64,000 nucleotides of DNA from Lama guanicoe (GCA_013239625.1 MU056270.1:558001-622000), one strand, 5' to 3'; positions 23,794 through 36,984 are shown, counted from the stretch's first letter. The notes: generated by a model from the sequence alone, not told the origin. Numbers and translations: made by a program.

Positions 23794-26700
23794 ACCCCCC
23801 ACCCTGTACGTCAGGGCTGCCCGCCCGCGGTCCCCGCTGACTTAGTGCCATTTCCTATGATCTCAGGATGGTCGGCTGATTTTTGTGAGCCTGTGCAGGT
23901 GCACAGCTGAGCCCCTGTCAGGCGTCCGCTGGGACCACCGTCCCCTGTGGCCGCGGAGGCAGGACTGGGACCCAGTTAGACAGAAGGTCTGCCAAGCCCT
24001 GCGCGGCTCAGCCCTCCAGGACCAGCCTGGGGATCCCGACCTGGCCCAGGGCTGTGGGGCGTGGCTCTCCCTCAGCTCATCTAATGACGGGCCACTGTCG
24101 GCAGCGCCTGCACGTGAAGTCCCGGAAGGGAACAAACACGGCCTGGTAACTGAAGTGAAGCCAGCGAGGGTGGCTCAGGCAGGAGCGTCGACCGCTACGT
24201 CCCCGACGACTGCTGACTCCGGCTTCCCTCAAATGCCACTTCCAGCTTCCTCACTAACTGGGGCGACTATTACATCTGCTTGGGTAACGGCTGCTCTTCA
24301 TCTGCCGCCAGTAAGTTAAATGCAGGTGCAAATACTCAACAGACGCCACAGAAGTTTCCATCCTCCGACCTTCGAAAACGTGGCCAAGCTTTCGCGAGGG
24401 CTGGCTCTTCGGAAAAAGGGGCAACAGCCGGGTAATGGTGACCCCCTCGCGCCCCAGAGAGACAGTGACCAGAGGGCGGTGACGTGAACCAAGCTGGCCC
24501 AGGCGTCCCAGGGAAGCGCCGCTGCACCGCGAGAGCAAACGCAGGGCAGGGTTCCACGGTGCCGGGCGGGTGCGATCCAAAGCGTGGGGAGGGCTGGAGC
24601 CCGGCGGCTCCGAGCCGGGGCTTCGCAGCGAGCCTCCTGGACACACAGCCGCCGCCATGCAGCCTGGTCCGGGATGCCCCACGGCCGTCCCTTGCAGAAG
24701 TGAAAGGGGGCAAGTGCTCAAACAGGGGGATGGCAATTGTCCAGAGACTTTAAGGATGGTGAATTTGGGGACCACAGCCCGGAGGCCCTTTGGCTGGGTC
24801 CCTCCCCACACCTGCCCTGCCCCTGCCCCGCCCCCTCCCCGTTTCCTTTTTCGTCTCTGTCTTCTCTCTGGCTTGCCCCTGGGCCCCTCGTCTTGGTAGA
24901 GCAGGGAGTCGCTCCCCCAGCCATGGGTGGGGCTGGGGGCCGGGGTCCCAGCTCTTTCCCCACTGAAATCGCAGAGTGAGAGGCCCCCAGGTTCGTGCAG
25001 CTTCCTCCCGGATCGGAGGTGTCTGGAACCTAAGTGCGTCCCTTCAGGCAACAAAACGCGTCCTGCTCTGCCTTTTAATGCTGACGGGCTGACGCGCGTT
25101 CGAGGACAGCTGCTGGGTCTCGTCTAATCAGTCGTTCACATTGTCATCTCAGTCCTGTCCTCTCCTCCAAGGAGCTTTCAGTCCAGCCGAGAGACAAAAC
25201 CAGGCAAACACTGCGGAAGACAGCGAGTGTCTCAAAGGCACAGCGCACAGTGGTGACACGGACGGCATGTCGGCATCCCGCTGCCCGCTGAGCGCGAGCC
25301 TTCCCCCCATCAGAACTGTCCCTGGGCTGCTGACCCGGAGCCCGGGACACTCAGTGCCAGCCCGAGCCCCCTGGACACCCCCATGCCCACGCAGGAGCAG
25401 GGACCTCAGAGGAGAGCCCACACTTCCATCCACGGCCCCCAAGTGCCCCGTGCAGCCCTGCAGACCCGCACAAGCCGAGGGTCTGCCTGGAGGCTGGAGC
25501 AAGTCAGACGAGGGCGGTCAGGGGACCGAGGGCCGGACGTGGTCCCCGAAGAGGAGGAACGACCCGAGACCCGGCCGCGGTGTCGGGCGGCTCCGGCAGC
25601 GGAGGAGGAAGACGAGGACCGTGTAGGTGGCCGGACAGCCCCGAGGGGCGCTCGGCTGTGAGAGCACAAAGAAGCTCTGGAGGAGCGAGTCAGGGGCTCG
25701 GGAGGCGGGAAGAGGGGCTGGAGGGAGCATCCGGAGGCCTGGCCGTCCTCAGGCCACAGAGCCAAAGCCAGAAAGGAGGGCTGAGTCCCCGGGGCGTCCA
25801 GGGCACAGAGCGACTGATCTTTCGTACAAACACTGACCCTCCGTTGGATCAAATACCGGAGGGCATGTCAGGCACCGGCTTTGAGGGGCCACGTCAGAGC
25901 CGAGACCGGCCGTCTTGTTTCAACAGGGCAGGACCGGGCCACGCAGACATCAGGCCGGTTCACGATGGCGTCAGCCTGTGTGTCCCCTTCCAGATCTTTC
26001 CTTGAGCTTCTTCCCAAGGTTCAGTCCAGTGTCAGTGTCCCTAACTGCTGCAAAGGACAAGCGGTGACCCTGGGAAGGTGACCTCGAGGGCCGGCCCCAG
26101 GGGCGGAGCACGGCAGGGCGCCCGGCTCGTCCACGAGCCCCCGGTGGAGGCCTGGCAGCCATTTAAGCTCCCGTGGTCACAGCAGGCGTGGCCACAGGGC
26201 CGATTTTAACACCGGAAACGTCGACAGCGTGGAAACAATGTTCTCTTCTCTTGGATTAACTCAGTTAAAATCGAAGAAAGTCGTCTAATGCTTTGAAGAA
26301 TGGTGCACGTCTCTCTTTTCTGGTTCAAAGATCAGAAAGTCGTGGACGGGGAAGAGAAAGTAAGTGCACCGCTCATCACCATCTGTTTCCACGTCGACTG
26401 GGAAGGAAGCCCACTTGAGTTTCACTTTAAAGGAGCGTATGTAGGATTTAGAAAAATGAAGCCGATTAAAAATCCATATGCTGTTTTTACAAAAATAAAC
26501 ATGGGGAAACAGACAGAGCATGCAAGCCTGCTGTCTGCGGTGCAGCGAGCACTTAAACGCGCGGGGTTTATCCGTGGCGGTGGCCGTCCCCCTCCCAACC
26601 GGGGTGAGTGTCCTCCCTGCGTCCACGAGTGCGATGTTCGATTACAGACACCTCAATTAAGAACCGAACACACACAAACCGCATTAATAGCGTGCTTCCT

Positions 26701-28049
26701 CGTGTAGTGGCAGAAGCAATCTGAGAGACGTCATTAAAGGAGCAGTGCTTAAAGTGGACCGCGTCCCTCGTCCTCCCGTTCCTCCCCTCCCCCAGGCCCC
26801 CTCCTCTTCCGATTCCCCCTCCTTCTTCCTGAATGAAAACTGATTTAACTGAAGGCTTTAAATCAAATCTGCCTGAGATCATTCATGAGAAAAACTTAAA
26901 CTAGTTTCTAAGCCTTGGCAAGAACCCACTCAGAGGAATTCACACACTGGCTCCGAGGGAAGCTGATGGAGGGGAGAGAAGCTGGGGCGCTCGGACTCAG
27001 GGCTCGGACCTGGGTAAAGCCCAAGAGCGTGCGGGGCGCGTGGTCTTGAACTCCGTCAGCCGAGGAGGATGTCCTCCGGCCTCTGAGCGACTACGTTGGC
27101 GTGTGGACCCACAAAACACTCACTTCGCACCTCGTGTACACAGAGGCCAGGGACGGAGACGCTTCTCAAAGGACCCGTTCTCCGGCTCAAGAAGTGAAAG
27201 GGGGAGAGAGTACCTGGGTCGATCTGTTCTGAAGACTCGGCTGCTGCCTCCGGAAGAGGCCGTGGGAACATTGCTCGAGACATTCCTGCTGAAACTGGAC
27301 CAGACCCTGGGGGGAGGCTGCGTGTCCTCCGGCGGAGACGGACTTGCTGAGACATCCCCCGGAGGCGTCGCCCTAGGGGAAGCAAGCTGGTTCGCAGGGG
27401 CATCTGTGACGCGCGTCCCGCTGAAGTTCTGCCCTCCCTCTGCAGAGCCCTGCCCCCCCGATGGCTCCCCCTCAGACAAAGAAGCCCCGGTTCAGCCAAA
27501 CGTACTGCGTGGCTGATAGAAAGAAGTGAGGAGAGGGGCCAGGGCCTCGCTGCAGGCGGCGGGAGCGGCAGGCTGCGCCGGCACCCCCGGCTGTGAGCCT
27601 CTGCCTGCGGGGCTGCTGACCCCTCCCATCGGAAAAGCGAGGCGGGTCTAGATGCGCTGTCCTGCCTTCACGGGACCCCCCCACCCCAGGGGTCCAGACC
27701 CTGAAGGGGGTGATGAGGACCTCCCTCCACCGCGACGTTCGCGTCTGGAGGAATCGTGCTGGGTACACAGACCAGGGTCCTTTTCCGCCATAACGGCGGT
27801 TCCCACACTTCGGTGTGTGTCAGAATCACCTCTTCCTCTGAAACGTGGTCACAGCAGTGCCAGCCACCGGCTGTCGCCAGGCGCTCCCTGCCAGGCACGA
27901 TTTGACTTGCTTTATTTTAATTTCTCTACGAGGTAATTAGGATGAAGCAGAGATGTCCCGCTACACGTTTAATCACCGGTTCTGAGAAAACACAAAAGCC
28001 CCGTCTCTCAACGTTTGCCACTCTCTCTGGTGAGAACTCTCCTGCTACA

Positions 28050-28200
28050 GCGGACGGCAAGCCACCAACGTGACATCGCCAAAGCAGGGTGGGCAACTGA
28101 CTTCCCCGTTTTACCAACAGAGACACAGAGGCGCCGAAGAAGTCCCCTGGTTTCCAAACCGGGACTCTCTGCTAGTGAAACCCGAGCGTGGATATGTTGA
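28050..28200 (-). mobile_element. Degenerate MIR SINE
   Basis: 'cttccccgttttaccaacagagacacagaggcgccgaagaag' resembles the antisense MIR core. Confidence 0.4.
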
Positions 28201-29799
28201 TGCCACCAGCTCCGCTGACGGTGTGACGTCCCCAAGAGAAGTAACTCTGCCGAGGGCTGTGCTGCTGTGTGGCCACCGCGTCAGCCGGGACAGAGGGAAC
28301 CAGGGCACGGGGGTGCGCTCATGTGCTCGTGTGCTCGGCGGAGCCAGTTTCAGCCAAACGTCCTGGAGAGAATTTGGACCCCACGGGGAAGTGAAGCTGT
28401 AACACCAGAGCCCAAAGGAACATCAGACTCCCCCCGGATGATGTCCTGAAAATCGTCCCCTCCAGGCAGAGGCAGAAACAGAACGAGGAGCCCAAGAGTC
28501 CTTGGCCAGTTCCCCGGGACTCAGGACTCTGCGCACACTTGCAAGTTACTAAGGGCCCCAGAGGAGCGTTTACAGACACATATGTAGACATACATGGATA
28601 AGGTTTTAAAGCATTAAATCATTCATTTAAAATGGAATAGCAGGTTTATTACACGTTAATGCACATATCCTTATCAGGAAAACCTGTGTTCTCCAAAACA
28701 ACAAAAAAATTAACTTAAAAACAATTTTAACAAATTTTCTCAAAAAGCAAGGAAAGGGGCGTTGTTTTGTGCTGTCGCAAATCTCTCTCACGCCCAGCTT
28801 CATGTGAGGTGGTTGGACTCGTATCAGCTTTGGATTCAATCTTTTGCAAAAGCGTGTTGTTTTGGTTCAAGCACGTGAACAAAATCCAGCCCCACACAGA
28901 CCCAGACGCGCGGCTGGGGAAGGGGAGGGGCTGCGGCGGCGCCCAGGTCACTGTGGGAGCTCCTCTCTGACGCCTCGTCGGTCCTGGGGAAGCAGTCGCC
29001 CCTCAGAGCCGAGCCGCAGTGTGGAATCTGAGCCGTTTCGAGGAGCCTCTCAGGCCGTGTCTCCCCGAGACCCGCGGGCCTCTTGCTCGATGCTGAAACA
29101 CCCACTGAGCTCTGCAGCTGGGTCTCCCAGGGTTGAAACTTTCACTGTGCAACATTAAAAGTCACCTCTGTTAAGATTACCTCTGGTCCTATTAGAAAAA
29201 TATTTAAGGATCGGGAAGCTGTAAGCTTACAGTGTGGATAGAAGTTTTCCAAAATTCTAGTCATCACTTCAAAACTCAGTTTATTGTTGGCAAGTACGTG
29301 CAGTTGGTTCTCTCCCCTAAAGGAACAGACTCGCTTGCATCTTTGAGAAACTATCTGCCCCCTGGCTGTGTCTGGATAACCGTGATTTTCCCGCCCGTGG
29401 TCCTTGCACGTGGCAGTGCTGTCCCAGGAAAGCGCCTGTCCAGCAGGCACCACAGCCCCCGTGTCCTCTTCTGTGGATGATGCTGCACGTGGGAGGGCCT
29501 GTGGGGACGTCCTCCCGCTCCAGACGTGACCAGGACCTGCCCGGGGCCAAGACCGGACCCCATCACACTCGCTGCCCTCGAGGACGTCTGTCTGCCCACG
29601 TGCTTTCACGGGGGATGTGGACAAACATGGCCAGAAGCCAGCATCTTGCCCGCTGCCACTTTGGCTCCATCAGGGGCAGTGAAAGGGGCCAGCGCCCGGG
29701 CACCTCTGTGCCGGAACCGGGAGCGGGTTTGGTGGGAAACAGACCCTGGAGCAAAACCCCGGCCTGGTGCCCTGCGCGGCCTGGACTCAGGCTGGGCCA

Positions 29800-29980
29800 C
29801 GGAGGCGCTCGTGTTGGACAGCCCGCCACGTGCTTAGGGCTCTCTCTTCTCTCTCACGTGGGGAAAACGGAGACACATTAGCCCTGCAGGTCGTGACTCT
29901 GCCTCCCAGGCCCCACGCTGCAGAGGCAGAGCTCCAGCATCCTGAGGCGAGTGGCTCCATCAGCAGCCACGCGCTCCTGC
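29800..29980 (-). mobile_element. Degenerate MIR SINE
   Basis: 'tcacgtggggaaaacggagacac...gtgactctgcctcccaggccccacgctgcagaggcagagct' resembles antisense MIR. Confidence 0.45.
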
Positions 29981-30897
29981 CCCGGGCCCTCACGCCAGAT
30001 GCCTGGGGCCTCCGAGAGCCTGGGGAGGGGGTCGGGACCGGGGACACCTCCCTCCGCAGACTTGGCAACACGGGTGCTGCTGAGGACACAGACCCCGAGC
30101 TCCGACCGTCTTGGACCCACCCGGCGCTCCTCCCGTCGGTGGGAAGGTAAGCTCCCACCCCCGGGAATCCCACGACAACCCCGGGGCCAGGGCAGGGAGG
30201 GTGCCGGCACCTCGCCAGCACTCGGGGGGGGGGGGCGACGCTGTTGGCTACTTTTAAAGCGAGGGTCACCACCCGCTCGCTGTTTAAAACATCACCTACA
30301 AGAGGTGTTCAGACTTTTCTGCCTTTGCACCAACACAGGAGGAAAATTCCACCCGAGAGACGTGAGCTGATGACGGCGCTGAACGGCGCCCAGCAAACTG
30401 CCCGGCTGCAGGTTATGTAAACTCTGCTAATTTATTAGCGAGGGAGTGGCAGGTAGAGGATCAAGGTTGATTTGTTCATGTCTGGGACAAGGAAAAAGTC
30501 ATGATTTTCAAGTCTGACCATGTCAAACGCTGACGGTTAAATGGGCAGACCTCACGCTAATCCCCAGGGGAGCGGGTGGGGTGGGGGAGGGAGGGTGGGG
30601 CGGCTGGGCAGGGAAGCTTCCTCAGGCGAGTGCAGGACGGCCTGGCGGAGACCTCCCCACACACAGGCCCCCCCTGCAGCCCCGCTCCCCTGCAGCAGCC
30701 GAGCCGGTGACCAGTGACCCCGACCCTCCAGCCAAGTGTGTTCTCACACACGTGTGCTCGTGTAGGCTTTGGGCAGACACGCAGATTTCCAGAATGGTGT
30801 TTACAACAAACGGACAGAAGCATGTGTTCGTGTCTGCAGCAGGAGGAAGGGCAGAGTGGATACCTACTCACTTGTAAAGAAACGCCTGAGAGGTCAC

Positions 30898-31225
30898 CAA
30901 TCGGTTAGGGACGCACTGAGCGGCAAGTGGCAGAAGACTGGACTACGACGGCGTTAGAAGGGCTCAGGTCTAACATAATGGCGCGTTTCAGCGTAAGCAG
31001 CATATGCAGCTGATCAGTGATGCCAGGCTCACGTCTCTGCACCTCTTCTACCCTTCCCCGCATGGTTGCAAGACAGCTGCTGCAGCTCCAACCATCACAC
31101 TCACATGCAAGGCAGGAAGGAGACTGAAGGCCACACCAGCCAGATCTGTTTCCTTTTATCAGGAAAGACGACGCACCTCAGAGGCCCACAGCAGACCTGG
31201 GCTTGCGTCCAGCCGGCTTGACGCG
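30898..31225 (-). mobile_element. Old MLT1 (ERVL-MaLR) LTR, MLT1K/L-like
   Basis: 'atcggttagggacgcactgagcggcaagtggcagaagac...catggttgcaagacagctgctgcagctccaaccatcaca...ccttttatcaggaaag...cagcagacc'. Confidence 0.65.
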
Positions 31226-32477
31226 GGCTCACCTGTCGCTGTGACAGACGCGTCACCCCGGGTACCAGGGAGGCTGGGAGATCCTCTGGGTTATCCCTCG
31301 CCTTCAACCTGTGTGGTTCCACCCGCAGGGAGCGGGGAAGGAGGGCAGTGCAGGCGACAGGTTCCAGGCAAACTTGTGTCCTGGTCGCCACTGACCCACT
31401 TGCTGTCACTACGCTCAGCCACCAGCACTGACGGAGAAGCCGGCTTGGACAGGGGCAGCGGTGGGGCTGCTGGACTTCCCAGCCCGGCTGTGGGCAGTCC
31501 TTGAGATTCTGTGGACACCGGGACGATCCCTCCCTCCTTGTGAGTTCTCCTGTCACCAGAGGCCCTGGAATATTGGCCCAGAATGGACACGCTAGAGGAA
31601 AAGTGAACCGGCCTCAGCCACAGCCACGCGGTCTGCGTGCCAGACGTGCTGAGCCGCGGGTGAAGAAGCTGAAATAAGAGGTTGAAACCAGGACAGGTGC
31701 GGTCATTCCACTGCGCCGACTTCCCGTGTGGCTGAAAAGAACAGCTTGAAGGAAAGGGAGTCTCGGGGACGCCCTCAGAGGTGGCGGGTCTGTCCCCAAG
31801 TCCAACCTGGGCGGTGACGCTGTTTGCTTTGCTGGGCCACTCCTCTTTTAAGGTCTCTGTGTTTAGGACCAAAACTGGGACAGGTTAAACTCTTTGTGAA
31901 ACAGGTGCAGAAATTACCACATTTGAGAGGGTCCCCCAGCACCTGTGTTTCAGCAGGGCCGGAGCAAACAGGGAGACGCCCCCGGCCCTGCCCCAGTCTC
32001 TCGGGGGCCGCACTGGGGGTTACACGCAGACAGGTTCCTGTGCACCCTTAGTATCTAGTAGAAGCCAAGGTGATTTTCCAAAGGCAGAGCCACGTGTTCA
32101 GAGAGAATCAGGGTGAACGGGCTACAGGCGTGGGTGTCACCTCGGGATCCAGGGAAGAGGCTCAGAGTTTCGCTCCTCATCCTCGGGGACTGGTTCCTGC
32201 GGCGGGTGGGGGGGGTGAGGAACAGGGGAACACAGTGGAAATCTCACTACAGATCATCCGTCTGCACCGACGAGGAAGGAGGCGAACGGCGGGGTAAGAC
32301 AGACGCAGGGGTGGACGGAACAAAGACGCCGTGACCGAGTGACAGCAGTGTGGACCACAGACATGGCCCCTGTGCGGTCCACAAAGACGTAGCTTTTAAG
32401 CCCCGTGGGTGGGGAGAGCACAGGGGAGACCCGCATGTACATGCCCCCCCACGTGCTCCACGTGCGTCTCGTCACGT

Positions 32478-33120
32478 GTGCTGCTGGGGTTTATAACAAG
32501 AAACCCGTGTTCGCTTTTTGTTCAGATTCTGGCGCAGAGCTCCTAAAACCGTGGGACTCCCTGAGTGTTGAGGCGGTGGAGGTGCTTTTCGTCTTGTTAA
32601 CGAGGTGGTGTCTGGGGACACCCGAGGACAGGTGGGTTGCCGGGGGACGCACCAGGGTCCGCGGGTCGGAACTTTCAGCCCCACCTCCTGACCCCCGGCG
32701 AGGGCGGGGGCTGCGGTTGAGTCGGTCACCACTGACCAGTGATCCAGTCAATCGTGCCTCCGTAATGACTGCAGAAGGACAGTTTTGCAGAGCTTTCGGG
32801 CTGGGGAGCGAGGCGCCTGGCGAGGGCGGGAAATGTGCCCCGTCCCCGTACCTGCCGCTCTCGTCCTCCCGCGTCACAGCCCCATGTGCGCGCTGGGCGA
32901 CCTAGCTGGCAGAGTGTTTCTCTGAGCTCTGGGAGCTGCTCTAGCAAGTTCGTCCAACCAGAGGAAGAGGCCATGGGGACCTGCAGACCACAGCCAGCTG
33001 GTCAGAAGCACAGGGGATGGTCTGGACTTGTGACTGGCATCCGGGGTGGGGCTGAGCCTTGACCTGTGCAGTCGCTGGGGGGACGACGGGGTCAGAGCTG
33101 GGCTCGATTGCGTGGCGTCT
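32478..33120 (+). mobile_element. MER21-family ERVL solo LTR
   Basis: 'ttctggcgcagagctcctaaaacc...ggtcggaactttcagccccacctcctgacc...tgaccagtgatccagtcaatcgtgcctccgtaatga...gtgtttctctgagctctgggagctgctctagcaag...ggacttgtgactggcatc'. Confidence 0.85.
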
Positions 33121-36100
33121 GGGGGGGACAGCCTGGCCCCCTGCTCACCCGAGCCGGGCCCGGAGGCTGAAAGACACTGTTACACAAACACGACAAGACA
33201 GCTGGTACGTCACAGCCTCTCTTGTGTTCTCTTTTCTTTTCTGAGTTTACAAAACTACTCTGTTTGCTGTGTTTCCCACGACCGGCTCCTCCTCCTGATT
33301 TCGTGGGCTGAGAAGCCACCGGACCCGAGGACGCTCTCACATTGGGCCAGGAGCGCCCGCCCAGGCGTCCAGCCCAGGCTGGAAAGGCAGAGCACCTGCA
33401 GTCAGACGGCCCGCGGGTCCGAGTCCTTTGACACAGTCTGCCGCGCTGTCCGCGCCTTTGCACTTTCCCAAGAGGCCCGTCTCCTTGGTCCGGTTCTCGC
33501 AGGGGCTCACATCCTCAGCAGGCCAAGAATAGTTCTCTTACGGCAACCAGCTCGAGACCTTTACCTGAGGCAGTTTGCGGATATTAATAATTCAAAAAGG
33601 TTAAAAGGACCCTAACTCACACCGTGTGATATGATTTGGTAAAAACTTACTTACAGACTTTCAAAAATAAGTTTAGCTTGAGCATATTCAAGAAATTCAA
33701 ATGACAGAACTAGACTTTATACTTAGGTCTAGCTTTTCAGGAAACTGTGTGAAATAACAGTTTTATTCTTTTGAAAGGAAACTGATACTTAAAAGGGCCT
33801 TGAAACAATGGTTCTCCTTGGAAGTTTAAGCAGGTCCGTGTAACTTTTCTTAATTGTCAATTTACTTGTCAAACCCTTTCTTTTGCTGGTAGTTCAAGGT
33901 GAATTGGTTCAACTTCTGTCTAAATTCCCACACGCACCAACGGGAGGAGCTCCAGTCAGTTTGTTGCACAAATACAGACGGTGAGCCAGACGCCAGGCCC
34001 CACGTCAGGTGACGGCCCCTGGTGAACTAGTTAACATCGGCTCGGACGGTCTCACAGCCGAGGGCAGCGACGTCTGTGGACCTGAGGGACTGGCCGCCCT
34101 CCTTCCCGGGCCTCGGGGGGCTGCCGGCCGTGCCCCGCCCGCTCCGCCAGGTGCCAGGGCAGGGCCCAGGCAGCACCTGCCCCTTTAATGCTCTTCTGTA
34201 ATTGTCTCCTGTTTGTTTCTAATTCTGCCTACGAGCGCCTCCCCGGCCGGGTTCGAGCCTGTGTCTACGGGATCCAGCGCATGTTTGGTGCTAAGCAGGG
34301 GCCGAATGAAAGGCGAGACCCTTTATAAGCCGGAAACCAGCATAAGAATGCAGGGAAACAGACATGCACTTGAATCCCGCTTCCTCTTTCTCCTGGAAGT
34401 TCTCATTTAGGGAAGGAGCTCCATGCTGCCTGACGTTCTTTCCACAAACACAGCGGAGGGACCGGCAGTGGCACCAGGGTGCCGTGCCCGCCTCCAGGTG
34501 CGCCCCCCGTCCCGCTCGGGGGCACCGACGTGCCGCCGCTTGCACGGGCCCGCGGCTCCCTGCTCGTGTCGACGGAGCCTTGCCCAGCAGGCGAGCTGTC
34601 TCCCTGGCAGGTCAAGCCCGAGTGTGGCACGTCTGCGTCGCAGGGGAAGGTTTAAGGCACCGAGAGACAGTCACCCTCGTTGCATCATCAACAGCTAATT
34701 AGCCGGCGGTATTTCCAAATGGCCTCTGATTAAAGCCTCCGAAGCCGCCGCGGTGAAGAAGAGCAGGGCCAAGTCCTCGTTCATCAAACAAAACAGACGC
34801 CGCCCACAACAGGCAAACCTGGAGCTCTGGCCAAGAAAGAGGACCCCCTGGGACGGGCCTCACCCAGCTCCCTGGGACCGGGGAGGCTGTCCCAGCCTGG
34901 AGCCTGCGAGATGCCCCCTAGTGCTGGCAACACAGAGGCCCAGAGCCACTTTCCAACGAGCCCACGGCAGGCCCCGCTGCCCGGGCAGAGAGCACAGAGA
35001 ATGAACAGCAGCTGTGGTGGCGAGGCCAGCTCTCCAGGGTCTCCTCCGGACACACGTGTGGATGGCAGCTGCGGGTTGAGCTGGACTGAGTCTGGCCGCA
35101 TCTTCGGCTCCAGGCTCCTTGGGGCCGGCCCCTCCCTGCCTGTTCCTGGCATTCCCCCACCCCCACACTCGGCCTCTATACAGCCATCACGTCTCTGCTC
35201 TGTGTCTCAGCGAGATCAAAGGCTGTGCGACGTCAATAAATCACGTCTAATGAGAAAGGCGGTCGGCCGTGTTGCTGCCCCACCTGGACGGCAGGGCGGT
35301 GCAAAGGGAAGGCTTTGTCCTGGGGAGGAGGGCTCCTGCTGGGGCCCGTTCCAGGCCTCCAGGTCCAGCGCGGCGTCCACCACACACTGCGTGGTGCCAG
35401 GTGCCCCACGAGGTGCCGAGGATGAGGGGTGGGTGCGCACACCCCTGCTGTCAGCTTGTGCGATCCCGCGGGGCCTTGCTGGGCGGATTCAGGGCAGTGG
35501 CCTGGTCTCCCCACAGGGGAGCTTGGTCATGGGAACCTCTGCTCCAGGCTCCCTCCCCCACTCCTGTGGAGGACCCTGGTGACTCCCGGGCTGGATGGGC
35601 ACGACCAGCTCGTGGGCAGCTGTTTAAAGACTGAGGCAGGAAGAGGGCGTGTGTGTCAGGACAGCAGGTGCCGTGGGGCAGCCCAATGGCAAGCACGTCC
35701 TGGCGCAGGGTCTGTGGGCCCCCGCCGCCCATCAGCCAATGGGGCCCGGGCTCCTAGAGGCCTCACGTCCGCCCCAACAGCCCTGCTCCCCGAGGCTGAG
35801 CGGGGCCTCTGCAGAGGCTGCCTCCTGCTCTCTCTCCCTCACCTATGCAGTAACTTGGGTGCCCTGAGGGTCTCTTGAAATGCAAAGAAAAAAGTAACCC
35901 CAGATCCACCAGATCTTGTCAAGGAGAGACAGACACAGACCTGCAGGGATTTCAAAACAAGAGGAGGCCCGCGGTACACGCATGCCCTGGGTTGACCTCC
36001 AGGACACCGTAGCTTTCCTTCCGGTTCGTGACTTAGATTAAGACTGGACCCCTCGTGGGACTAGAAGGAGGAAGGAGCCACTGCTGCTGGGTCATTGCGC

Positions 36101-36984
36101 CCCCACTCCCCCACACGGCACCCCTCGCCGGACCAAATACAGGGCTTTCTGTGGCTCCTCCTGCGTGACGGTCAGGACTGAGGAGCGACGAGCCGTCTCA
36201 GCTGAGCCCTGGGACAGACCACAGGCCTGTGTGCGGCCCCACCCCACCGGAGTCAGCACTGCTCCACCCGCCTGTAATCACAGCATGATTCCTCCTCCAG
36301 CCCTGAACCCACAGAAAAACAGTAGATAATAACCAGCTTATTAATAAGAGACAAAAGTGTTATTTTTAGTTTAGGTTAACCTGGGAAAACGGTGACTCAG
36401 TTGGGTTTACTCAGATGCCTCGGACCATATCCACTGACGGCACACCTGTGTGTGTGCTCAGCCGGGCCCCGGCTCTGAGGACACCGCAGGACGGCACGCA
36501 CGCTGCGTGGATGCCAGCCACACCCTGAATTAGCACCTGCTCGCGCCCCCTCCAGGTGCCTGTGATGGGGGCAGGCGGTCAGCGCAGGCCTGACCCAGTG
36601 CAGGAGGGGCTGGTGCTCCTCGTCAGAGCGAGATCCCACTGGAGAGAGGTCACTGGTCACCTCTGCCCCAGGAACTAACTTACAATGAGGAGGAGTGGTG
36701 AGAAAATCTCTTTTTCTCAAAGAAACTTCTACTCATTTCAGCAACTTCAGTCGCTCCCACAATCAGATGAGAGGATGGTGTGCCCACGCTACAGGCAGAG
36801 CATTGGGCCCAGGAGACCCATCACTGCAGAACAAGTTCCTGCCAATCCTGGGACAAACCTCGGTGTTTCTCATTTCACTTCAGTGCCGGGACCCAGGCTA
36901 TGTGCATTTCACCATCTGAGTGGGCTGAGTGAGACCACGGAAGAGGAAGGGGGCTTCCAGGTCAGAGCCGTCGACACAGCACTT

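Noticed and set aside
24254-25054. 266-aa minus-strand ORF
   Set aside because: Non-ATG start, low-complexity GC-driven composition and no recognisable domain.
27040-27516. Stack of three overlapping ORFs, or a possible ERV1-type LTR remnant
   Set aside because: No recognisable protein. Similarity to an LTR is limited to a short motif (attcctgctgaaactgga), too little to call.
34230-34265. B-box-like GGGTTCGAGCC suggesting a tRNA or tRNA-derived SINE
   Set aside because: No A-box, cloverleaf or SINE body/tail.
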